Assembly: GCA_963664015.2 (NCBI GenBank)
Contig: CAXXLF010000001.1
Location: 384,001-448,000, forward strand
DNA length: 64,000 nt
Source of the DNA: Candidatus Binatia bacterium
GTDB lineage: Bacteria > Desulfobacterota > Binatia > UBA9968 > CAXXLF01
Direction: 5' to 3'
Both the position numbers and the translations under genes were made by a program. Each line of letters starts with the position of its first letter. Position 1 is the first letter of the stretch. Positions 48,864-57,029 of the stretch are shown here, one piece after another. Below the pieces are notes generated by a model that saw nothing but the letters and a program-made list of their open reading frames with translations, made no database searches and was not told the DNA's origin.

Positions 48864-49076
48864 TGAAAAACTCCTTGTTGACAGTTCACTCTTGAGATAG
48901 GTTACAGCATTACAGACGTGGCACAGCTAGCGGCCTGACTTTTGGCAACTCACTATCTGCAGTTCACGATCCACAGTTAATTGTCAACTAATCAAAAATG
49001 ACTATAAACCAATCAACTTACGGGGCACCGGCCACAAACCACGTGCCATTAACCATTGACGAATGACCGCTGACTT

Positions 49077-49238
49077 TCAACCATTTAAAATTCCCTTTGT
49101 CCAATCTCGATTGTCCTGATACCAACCGACCAGGTTTGCCAGACCCTCGTCGAGAAAGGTCGTGGACTGCCACTTCAGCAAATTTTTTTCCTTGGAGATA
49201 TCCGCCCAGGTAGCAAGCACGTCCGCCGCATGGCGAGG
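49077..49238 (-). pseudogene. 3' remnant of a second NAD-dependent epimerase, paralogous to 50046..50207
   Basis: Translates PRHAADVLATWADISKEKNLLKWQSTTFLDEGLANLVGWYQDNRDWTKGILNG*. About 85% nucleotide identity (hand alignment) to the 3' end of 50046..51086. No start codon. Confidence 0.85.
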
Positions 49239-49600
49239 AATCTGGTTGATTGGGTTTCTTGAGTTGATAGCGCTAGTTGAGTTTTTTGAGTTAGTCGAGT
49301 CCGTTGAGTGGCTTCTCAGGTTGATTCGGTTTCTTTAGTTTACCTTCCGCCTCAGGAGGATCGGGCTGAGGTCTGTCTGGTTCGAGAGATCCGACTCCAG
49401 ATGTCGGAGGTCAGAAAGCCATCGGATCTAGAACGGTTCGCGCAAAGGGCGCCAAGTTAAGAGAGAATAAAATAGTTTTTTTCTTTGCGAGCTTCGCGCC
49501 TTAACACCAAAAACTTCATTTAGCTTGTCAAATAGTCGTTAGGCCGAGTCATTATTTTCTATTCGCCATTCGCGGACTTATGATCTCTGTTCTCTGACAT
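49239..49600. repeat. Intergenic mosaic of degenerate 9-mer, 7-mer and CGCAAAG/CGCCAAG inverted repeats
   Basis: A TTGAGTT-type 9-mer run, TTCCGCCTCAGGAGGATC, GATGTCGGAGGTCAGA...TGATCTCTGTTCTCTGAC and CGCAAAGGGCGCCAAG...CTTTGCGAGCTTCGCG. Confidence 0.75.
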
Positions 49601-49846
49601 TTGGGAGCCAGATGATTGCTAGCGAATTCCAGATAAGCTTCCGCCATATCTGCATCCCCAGGGTTATGAGGACGCAGCAAGTTGCACTTCTGCAGATATA
49701 TGTGATTTGTGCTCAGTAGGCTCGACCGTCTGGATTGAAGGTCTACTAAATTTGCCTATATAACCGGTCTAATTGTTCGGTTTATAACGTATTTTCGGTA
49801 TTTTGTCTATAGAGACTATCTTATTTCTAGCTGGTTTCTCTGGCCT

Positions 49847-49911
49847 GCGCCGTGAAATAATATCTCCGATTATTACCTTATCAACCCCCTCTAGCCACTA
49901 TTTCACCGGGC
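49847..49911. repeat. Hairpin element CCGTGAAATA-N39-TATTTCACCGG
   Basis: Inverted arms at 49847-49859 and 49899-49911. Same left flank (GTTTCTCTGGCCTGC) as the copy at 63023-63084. Confidence 0.75.
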
Positions 49912-50045
49912 GAACTGGCTGCTGCTTACTGTCGCCTGCCCTCTGCTGTGTTAGCGCTTTACCCTCCGCGCTATGCTCTTTGCTACCTCCTGCCAGCTGC
50001 ATCATTGATCTCCCACTTCTGTCCTAGGACATCGACGATAGTATA

Positions 50046-51086
50046 TTATTTGGTCACTATCTCCATTGTCCAATCTCGATTGTCCTGATACCAGCCGACC
50101 AGGTTGCTCAGCCCCTCCTCGAGAAAGGTCGTGGGCTTCCAATTCAGCAGTTTTTTAGCCTTGGAGATATCGGCCCAGGTTGCTAGGACATCCGCGGGAT
50201 GTCGAGGCTTATATTGGATTTTTCCAGATTTCTTCACCAGCCCTTCAATCAACCTAATGGCCTCATTCAAAACTACCGGTTTATCGGAACCGAGGTTGAT
50301 AATCTCGAATCCCAACGGCTTGAGGGAAGCCACCGTTCCCCGCGCGATATCGTCGACGTAGGTAAAATCCCGCGACTGCTTGCCATCTCCAAAGACAGTG
50401 ACCTCTCGGCCTTCGTTGATCCACTGAACGAATCTAAAGAGGCTCATATCCGGCCGGCCTCCCGGACCGTAGACTGTAAAGAATCGAAGAACTGCCACAT
50501 CGATCTTATGAAGGTAATAGTATGTATAACAGAGCGCTTCAGCCGCCTTCTTTGAGGCTGCATAGGGAGAGAGGGGTTGGTCGGTGGGGTCGGATTCGCG
50601 AAAAGGTTTATTTAGTTTGTTTGGTTTATCTAGTTGCTCTGGTTTGTTTAGATTGTCTAGTTGCTTCGGTTGGCCATAGAGGCTGGAGGTCGATGCGAGG
50701 ACAAATTTGTTCACGCCGAATTCGCGGCATAGGTCAAGGAGGTTGAGACATCCCCCGATATTGGTCTCGTAGTAAATCCAGGGGTTATCGACGGACGGTC
50801 GGACACCGGCGCGGGCGGCGAGGTTGATTACAGCGTCAAGAGGCGAATGGCGAATAGCAAATAGCGAATGGAATAAATCCTTGAGTGCGGCCCGGTCACA
50901 GATGTCGAGGCGATGGAAGTCGAAGCCGGGTTTGCCCTGGAGCTGGGCGAGGCGCCAGTCTTTGAGACGGACATCATAGGCATCGTTAAGATTGTCAACT
51001 CCAATGACATGGTGGCCATCCTGAAGTAACAATTCACAGACTTTCGAACCGATAAAACCGGCGGAGCCGGTGACGAGAATGTGCAT
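50046..51086 (-). CDS. NAD-dependent epimerase (UDP-glucuronate 4-epimerase/WcaG-like) with two repeat-derived in-frame insertions
   Basis: TGSAGFIG, NLAARAGVR, ASTSSLYG, YAASKK, RFFTVYGP.GRPDM. Insertions HSLFAIRHSP and QPKQLDNLNKPEQLDKPNKLNKP. Confidence 0.9.
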   Translation of the reverse strand: MHILVTGSAGFIGSKVCELLLQDGHHVIGVDNLNDAYDVRLKDWRLAQLQGKPGFDFHRLDICDRAALKDLFHSLFAIRHSPLDAVINLAARAGVRPSVDNPWIYYETNIGGCLNLLDLCREFGVNKFVLASTSSLYGQPKQLDNLNKPEQLDKPNKLNKPFRESDPTDQPLSPYAASKKAAEALCYTYYYLHKIDVAVLRFFTVYGPGGRPDMSLFRFVQWINEGREVTVFGDGKQSRDFTYVDDIARGTVASLKPLGFEIINLGSDKPVVLNEAIRLIEGLVKKSGKIQYKPRHPADVLATWADISKAKKLLNWKPTTFLEEGLSNLVGWYQDNRDWTMEIVTK

Positions 51087-51529
51087 GGTGTTTATTGGGT
51101 TTCTCTAGTTTATCTAGTTCGTTTAGTTGATTTGGTTTCTTTGGATTATTTAGTCTCTTCGGTCTATCTGGTCTATTCAGGCACTCACGTCTAATCAGTC
51201 TATGTGGTCTGTCTGGTTGATCTTCCGCCAGAGGCGGATCAGCCCCCGCCTAAGGCGGGTCCCCCTCAGGAGGATCGAGCGGAAGTTTGTCTCGTCTCTT
51301 TAGTCTATCTAGTTCTTCCCGTTCGTTGAGTTCCTTGGGTTTTTTTAGTTATCGATTTTCTCTAGTTTGTCGAGTCTCTTGAGTTCGTTGTGCTCTTTGA
51401 GTTGGTGTGGTCCGCAGTCAGGAGTTCCGTGCTGGTTTTTCGATTAACTGTTAACCATTGACTATTAACTACTTTCTGATCTCTGACCTCTGACCTCTGG
51501 TACCTGCCATTTGCTATTGGCCAACTAAC
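51087..51529. repeat. Layered intergenic repeat cassette (7-mers, 90-bp core, 9-mers, REP-like palindromes)
   Basis: Read on the minus strand: CCAATAGCAAATGG, CAGAGGTCAGAGGTCAGAGATCAGA, TTAATAGTCAATGG, the core at 51379-51468, 9-mer runs, and a CCGCC-N3-GGCGG triplet at 51220-51276. Confidence 0.85.
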
Positions 51530-52063
51530 CTACCGTCTTCCGATCATTTCCTGATTCAAGACCAATCGGGTCTGGCGCCCTAGGAGATCGAGCAGAACAG
51601 CCACTCGCTCCGAACCCTTCATCTCACTCTCGAAGAGAGCTTCGAGGCTTGCCATCGGCCCTTCCTTGATCAGAACGGTCTCACCGGCCAGGTATGGCCG
51701 GGGTTTGTAATCTGCCACACCATCGGGGCAGCGCTTCCGGAGATCGGCGACCACTTCCTCCTCTACTTCCGTAATGTTGTTTCCGAATCTTACAAAGTCC
51801 TTAACCCCTGGAGCATACCTTGCGGCCTTGCCGGCAACAAAAAGATCCAGTCGACAGAACAGATATCCGGGAAAGAGCGGATCCAACACCTTTTGAAACC
51901 GGCTCCCTATCCGGCGCCGCATACGAACCCACGGCAAAAAGACCTCCAGGTCAAGATCCATATACCTCCTCTCAACGGTCTTTTCTTTTTTGACCTTGGT
52001 CTGGACTACATACCAACGAAGCCCGGTGTTAAATACTGCGCGACTTTTGCTGCTATCCTTCAT
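51530..52063 (-). CDS. rfaH: RfaH/UpxY-like NusG-paralogue transcription antiterminator
   Basis: WYVVQTK, VFLP, PLFPGYLF, PGVKDFVRFG (NGN domain); KOW-like GETVLIKEGP...LLDLLGR. Sits at the head of the glycan operon. Confidence 0.88.
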   Translation of the reverse strand: MKDSSKSRAVFNTGLRWYVVQTKVKKEKTVERRYMDLDLEVFLPWVRMRRRIGSRFQKVLDPLFPGYLFCRLDLFVAGKAARYAPGVKDFVRFGNNITEVEEEVVADLRKRCPDGVADYKPRPYLAGETVLIKEGPMASLEALFESEMKGSERVAVLLDLLGRQTRLVLNQEMIGRR

Positions 52064-52073
52064 AAAGCAAATC

Positions 52074-52836
52074 CTAATTAATGGCTCCAAAGAGACCTAT
52101 TTCCGTAACTAAAGTCTCCACTCTATCCGGGAACCTTCCGTCCTGTATGCGTTTTTCCACCTTACCTACCGCAATGGCTACAGCGCCGGCCTTGACACCG
52201 AGAAGGGTCCCGATCGACAGCAAAGTAAGCTGGGTTTCTTTTCTGATTAAATACATGGTGAGGTGCTGCGCGATAGCCTTACGACTCCTCTTCTGCATCT
52301 CTCCATCCCCATCCAAACCCATGGTAAGGCTGATCTGCCGGATAATGTCTTTGGCTTTTATAAGATCGGCGCCGTCGATTTGAGGCCGGTTGGATGATAC
52401 CATTCTAGGAGCACCGAGGGTGGGGTTTATCCCATTTTTATTCTCTTTGAGTACGGGGACCCACCGGCATAGACGGTGAATCTGGCCGGTAAAATTAATG
52501 AGTTGATCCTTGGGCAAAAGCAGGCTTTTATAACGCCCATCAAAGAGGGTGCCACTCCTCTTGTAACGTCGGTTAAAATAGGCGACATAGCTCGTGCCTA
52601 ATCCCTGCATGAACCTGCCGATATTCGTCCTTGGAGTCTCCAAAATTATCTGGAGATGGTTGGTCACGAGGATATATCCGTAAAGGCGGCAACCCAATCG
52701 TTTTCTGTAGCGGTTTAAAAGATCTATGTAATAGGATTGATCCTTAGTAATCACGGAAGATCGCTTGACGATTGTTGCATTCAACCGTGATACAGTACAA
52801 GGCATTTTCAAATTGAGATTTGAGCGTGCGTGTCAT
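52074..52836 (-). pseudogene. Degenerate RAYT/IS200-like Y1 transposase with C-terminal DnaA-domain-IV-like HTH; frameshift near 52750
   Basis: MTRTLKSQFENALYCITVECNNRQAIFRD in one frame joins KDQSYYIDLL...VTNHLQII...YFNRRYKRSGTLFDGRYKS in another. HUH His reads Gln and the catalytic YIH reads QIH. C-terminal AQHLTMYLIRKETQLTLLSIGTLLG. Confidence 0.75.
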
Positions 52837-53109
52837 TGCTTTACAAAGGTAATAAGAGCAATGAAGACACTGTAAGGTACTGTAATGGTAACAAATGTCA
52901 AGTAAAAACATTAAAAGCCTGCCCCCTTTGTCACGAACCTTTAATATCAATGAATAGAGCGCTAACCCTAAGGCTGTGGGTAAATTACTAACAGTCCGTG
53001 CGTAACGGATTCTAAGTATTTAGAATGTTGGAACTCTTCGCTAGTTTTACTAAAAAGGAATGACTATTATTTCAGAAGAGATTTTTATTTTATCTGTAAG
53101 GGTATTTTT
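52837..53109. promoter_or_regulatory. AT-rich divergent promoter region (glycan operon / aroE-like)
   Basis: Lies between divergent genes. Minus-strand TTGACA at 52901-52896 is followed by tandem TTACAGT repeats; the -10 element is weak. Confidence 0.4.
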
Positions 53110-54228
53110 TTGGCTTCAGTTACCGACACGATCGAATCCCTCCAGGCCTGCATCGACAACCCCCTGGACCGGAATCTAATCGGCAAGAATATGATTGCGG
53201 GGATCGTTGGCGATGCCCCGTCCCATTACGCCAAGAGCCCGCCGATCTGGAACGCCGCTTTCCGTCGACTTGGAATAGACGCACTCTATCTTCCCTTTGA
53301 TGTCCAAACCTCGCGGCTCAAAGACCTCGCGAGCGTCCTCAAGGACTCGGAGCGGATCATGGGAGTTAACATCACGGTACCTTACAAGGTCCAAATATTG
53401 GATCACCTGGATGGACTGGAGGAGAAAGCCGATCAGATCAAGGCTGTCAACACGGTGGTCCGGACCGAGGATGGACGCCTCTTGGGATCCAACACGGATG
53501 GCAGCGGCTTTTTGGATAGCATCCGGTCACCTCGTTACAGGCAGGAGGGGGCGTTTATGGAGACTCTTGACGGTATCGATGTCCTGATGATCGGTGCCGG
53601 GGGATCGGCTCGAGCCTTGGCCTTTTATCTCGCGGAGACCATGGGATCCGGGAAACTCCTGATCTGTAACCGTACAGCAAAGGCGGCCGAATCCCTGGCA
53701 CGGGAAGTGTCACAGGCATTCGGTAACGCTCAGGCTATCAAAGAAAATGAAATCGCTGTCTGGGCACCCAAGGTAGGTTTGATCGTCAATTGCTCGACGC
53801 GAGGCCAAGGAGGTATTCGAAAGATGGTCGACGGTCGAGTCACCGTCCTGGAGCCTTTTTCGGCTTTGGCGCCTGCTAATCCGGCCGCTTTCCCGGAATC
53901 GACTCTTTCAAATCCGGATTTTTATCGGGATTGGCTGAAAGCGTCCCAATCGGACGTCGAGGCTAATCAGGAGGCATCGCTCAGCCTAGCTCGTTCGATT
54001 CCATCTCACGTGGCCTTTTGCGACTTGATCTATTATCCGGAAGAGACGGTTTTTTTACGCCACGGTCGCCTAACCGGCCATCGGACTCTGAATGGCAAGG
54101 GCATGAACGTAGCTCAGGCTGTAGCCGCGTTTTTCAACAAGGTGTGTCGATCTTATCTGCGAGATCAAGGGAAAGACGATCCCGCGACCTATCAACTGGT
54201 GATCGACGCTATGACCGAAGCCTGGTGA
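53110..54228 (+). CDS. aroE: Shikimate dehydrogenase-like protein (long variant)
   Basis: SPPIWN, GVNITVPYK, AVNT, NTDGSGF, IGAGGSARA, NRT, DLIYYPEET.FL, NGKGM. Confidence 0.85.
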   Translation: MASVTDTIESLQACIDNPLDRNLIGKNMIAGIVGDAPSHYAKSPPIWNAAFRRLGIDALYLPFDVQTSRLKDLASVLKDSERIMGVNITVPYKVQILDHLDGLEEKADQIKAVNTVVRTEDGRLLGSNTDGSGFLDSIRSPRYRQEGAFMETLDGIDVLMIGAGGSARALAFYLAETMGSGKLLICNRTAKAAESLAREVSQAFGNAQAIKENEIAVWAPKVGLIVNCSTRGQGGIRKMVDGRVTVLEPFSALAPANPAAFPESTLSNPDFYRDWLKASQSDVEANQEASLSLARSIPSHVAFCDLIYYPEETVFLRHGRLTGHRTLNGKGMNVAQAVAAFFNKVCRSYLRDQGKDDPATYQLVIDAMTEAW

Positions 54229-54358
54229 GCCCCGTACCGTAGACTCGAAAAGTACAGCCCCCCCTTATGGTAATAGACGGCAGATTTTCACTACTCGTCG
54301 GACCGTAGTGGCGAAGGCTCCGACACCCTAATCCTGGATCTTTTTTCCGGATCGGTGC

Positions 54359-55156
54359 TCATCTATTATGAGGTGCTTTACGGTACTGGGTAATTGAGGG
54401 CCAAATCATGGAAATGCCGAACAAGACCAAGAGGAAACTAATCCACTGGGCCTGGGTCATGCCCAGGCCCAGTACTGGGTTGATGCGCCAAAACTCAACC
54501 ATGAAGCGAGCTGCCCCTGCAAGGACCAGATAGAGCCAAAAGATTATACCGTACGGAAGATTTTTCTTTCGTATAGACCACAAGATTCCGAAGATCACCA
54601 GAGATTGAAAAAATTCATAGAGGGGTGTCGGGTGAACGCTGACTCCGGGAGGATAAGGCACACCCGTCAGGGGATGGACCCAACCAATGATGGCCTTCGT
54701 ATAGGCGACGGCCCAGGGTAAATCCGAAACGGTGCCCCAGTCCCCATCTCCCGCCAAATGGCAACCTATCCTTCCAATACCGTATGCGATGGCTAAAGCC
54801 GGTATACAGATATCCGCCGCCTGGAGCCAGGGGATCCCGTTGCGCCTCACGATCCAGGTTACCGCCAACACCCCACCTAACAGACCGCCATACCAGGTAA
54901 AACCCGCACCGCTGATTATAAAATCCAGTGGGGACTGAATAAACCGGTTCCAGTCCTCAAAGATAAAGAAGATCCTCGCACCTAATAGTCCACCCACGGC
55001 CCCGGCGATGACCAGCGTCGATGCCAGTTCCGGATCGTATCGGTAACGTTTCAGCTCCAGCCAGACGATCCATCCGGCTACCATCGCGGCAATCGCCATG
55101 AGAGTCCCGAAGCTGTAGACGGTCAACGGGCCTAATTTGAAGATAATGGGGTACAT
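54359..55156 (-). CDS. lgt: Prolipoprotein diacylglyceryl transferase
   Basis: MYPIIF..GP, GARI, WYGG, IGRIGC..GDGDWG, HPTPLYE, RFMVEFWR. Confidence 0.93.
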   Translation of the reverse strand: MYPIIFKLGPLTVYSFGTLMAIAAMVAGWIVWLELKRYRYDPELASTLVIAGAVGGLLGARIFFIFEDWNRFIQSPLDFIISGAGFTWYGGLLGGVLAVTWIVRRNGIPWLQAADICIPALAIAYGIGRIGCHLAGDGDWGTVSDLPWAVAYTKAIIGWVHPLTGVPYPPGVSVHPTPLYEFFQSLVIFGILWSIRKKNLPYGIIFWLYLVLAGAARFMVEFWRINPVLGLGMTQAQWISFLLVLFGISMIWPSITQYRKAPHNR

Positions 55157-55479
55157 GGGACAGTTATTAGTTATTGGTCAATAGTAAAGGGTGAATGGTA
55201 AATAGTTAGTCAAGGGGAAATCGTGAAGCATCAATAGTTATTGGTCAATCGGGAACAGCAAATAGCGAATCGTGAAAAGCAAATAGTCAATGTTTAATAG
55301 TACCTGCCGGGAACTGGAGTGTAAAGCTTTAGGGTGAAGGCGTTTGTTGGGTTATTTGTGTTTATTGAGTTCGTTGTGCTCTTTGAGTTGGTGTGGTCCG
55401 TAGTCAGTAGTTCCGTGCTGGTTTTTCGATCAACTGTTAACCATTGACTATTAAGGATTCACGATTTACCAATCTATGC
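55157..55479. repeat. Layered intergenic repeat cassette including 90-bp core (55365-55454)
   Basis: TTATTGGTCAATAG and GCAAATAGCGAATCG 7-mer runs. The core matches 51379-51468 at 87 of 90 nt. Confidence 0.85.
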
Positions 55480-55920
55480 ATGCGTCTTGTTATCCAGAGG
55501 GTCAGCCAGGCCAAAGTTACGGTCGATGGACGCGAGATCGGCAACATTGCCCAGGGCCTTTGCCTGTTCCTGGGTATTGCCAAGGGTGATAATAAGCAGA
55601 ACGCCGATTATCTAGCCCAAAAGTCTGCAGAGCTGAGGATCTTTGAGGATGACACTGGGAAATTCAACCGGTCGCTGTCGGAAATAGGTGGTGAGGCCCT
55701 GGTAGTATCACAGTTTACCCTTTACGGCGACTGCACCAAGGGACGTCGCCCCTCCTTCAGTCATGCGGCACCCCCTGACGAAGCAGAGGTCCTATACAAC
55801 TATTTCGTCGATCAACTGCGCGATAAGGGGATAAAGATAGGGACCGGCCAATTTCAGGCAAAGATGGAGGTTTCCATCGTAAACACTGGACCTGTAACTC
55901 TTATTTTGGATAGTAAATAG
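55480..55920 (+). CDS. dtd: D-aminoacyl-tRNA deacylase
   Basis: MRLVIQRV, LRIFED, SQFTL, GRRPSF, N.GPVT. Confidence 0.95.
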   Translation: MRLVIQRVSQAKVTVDGREIGNIAQGLCLFLGIAKGDNKQNADYLAQKSAELRIFEDDTGKFNRSLSEIGGEALVVSQFTLYGDCTKGRRPSFSHAAPPDEAEVLYNYFVDQLRDKGIKIGTGQFQAKMEVSIVNTGPVTLILDSK

Positions 55921-56226
55921 CCGTTAACCAGACGTCGGAGATCAGAGATCGGCAAGTAGTTAATAGTCAATAGTTATTGGTTATTTGTCAATGGTTAACA
56001 GAACAGAAACCCAGATCCTGGCACGTAACAATGAGCCCAACTTAGCCGCGTTCAACTAGATAAACCTCAGGCGGATCCACCAGAGGCGGACCCGCCTTTG
56101 GCGGGGACTGATCCGCCTCTGGTGGAAGATAGACCTGATAACCCCAAAAACCCAGCAAACCCGAGAAACTGAACGAACTAAACCAACCAGATAGACTAAA
56201 AAACGAAATCAACCAGAGCAACCGCC
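55921..56226. repeat. Layered intergenic repeat cassette with REP-like palindrome cluster (56065-56130)
   Basis: CAGACGTCGGAGATCAGAGATCGG, TAATAGTCAATAG, CCGCC-N3-GGCGG units (inverted copy of 51220-51276), then 9-mer runs. Confidence 0.85.
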
Positions 56227-56679
56227 ATGCACGTCGTCCTATACCAACCTGAGATTCCGCCCAATACGGGATCGATCGCTCGCCTGTGTGCCGCAACCAA
56301 AACACCACTCCATTTGATTGCACCCCTGGGCTTCAAGATTGATGATAAGCACCTCAAACGAGCCGGCCTCGATTACTGGAGATTTGTCGACCTAACCCTT
56401 CATGATTGTTGGGAAGAATTCCTTGCAAAAAGTTGCGATCAACGATTGCTCTTTTTTTCCAAGAAAGCCAGTAAATCGTATACCCAGGCGATCTATCAAG
56501 ACAGCGATTCTCTCATCTTTGGCCCGGAGACTCGAGGTCTCCCCGAAGACCTGCTGGAAACGCATAAAGATCAGGCCTATGTCATTCCGATGATGAGCAA
56601 GGACGTCCGTAGCCTCAACCTTTCCAATGCCGTCTCCATTGTTCTCTACGAAGCGTTGCGACAGAAAGGAAAACTATAG
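56227..56679 (+). CDS. trmL: tRNA (cytidine/uridine-34 2'-O)-methyltransferase
   Basis: LYQPEIPPNTG, RAGLDYW, FGPETRGLP, IPM, RSLNLSNAV..YEALRQ. Confidence 0.95.
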   Translation: MHVVLYQPEIPPNTGSIARLCAATKTPLHLIAPLGFKIDDKHLKRAGLDYWRFVDLTLHDCWEEFLAKSCDQRLLFFSKKASKSYTQAIYQDSDSLIFGPETRGLPEDLLETHKDQAYVIPMMSKDVRSLNLSNAVSIVLYEALRQKGKL

Positions 56680-56889
56680 TCGGCTGCTGAAAAAGACGCA
56701 TATGCCAACAGGCTGCTTCAAGCAGACGCCTATGATAGTGGCGGTTAATCGGCCGGGATAATTTTCTCGCTCTAAGCAGAGTCACTCCAACGTACCGCCT
56801 AAGTACGCCTCCGCTCGTCGATCTTTCGCGCGCCTCGCCTCTGAAATTTTTTTGAACAGTCTGGAAACAGAGTTTTTCAAACCCACTAG
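56677..56889. mobile_element. MITE-like non-autonomous element
   Basis: Left end TAGTCGGCTGCTGAAAAA. Right-hand complements TTTTTGAACAGTCTG (56849-56863) and TTTTTCAAACCCACTAG (56873-56889). Internal CGTAC-N7-GTACG stem. No credible coding capacity. Confidence 0.55.
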
Positions 56890-56958
56890 GTCTGAACCAC
56901 ATTCTTATCGGCGGACCGTGGGTCCGAATAATACGCCTTTAACACGCGTTCAAAGGGC

Positions 56959-56992
56959 TTGACGGGATGACCGAATGTGATTAATGTATCAC
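56959..56992 (+). promoter_or_regulatory. Putative sigma70 promoter overlapped by a GTGAT-N6-ATCAC palindrome
   Basis: TTGACG at 56959; palindrome at 56977-56992; GGAGG RBS at 57016-57020 before ATG 57030. Confidence 0.35.
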
Positions 56993-57029
56993 TCTAGTGA
57001 ATCCTAATAGAATTTGGAGGCGTTGTTCT

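Noticed and set aside
48922-48935. RfaH ops element upstream of rfbF (minus strand GGCCGCTAGCTGTG)
   Set aside because: Only loosely resembles GGCGGTAGnnTG; too weak to call.
49600-49800. Possible additional gene remnant
   Set aside because: Only short open stretches with no recognisable family; cannot be supported without a search.
49077-50207. Possible DGR template/variable repeat pair, given the Avd-like gene in the window
   Set aside because: Mismatches are not confined to adenines and are often synonymous third-position changes. No reverse transcriptase is present.
56042-56323. 93-aa minus-strand ORF (also 49803..50027, 56615..56902, 62603..63001, 59386..59721)
   Set aside because: These are translations of repeat or MITE DNA, or antisense shadows (PPEADQSPPKAGPP and F/L/G/S-rich low complexity), with no protein motifs.
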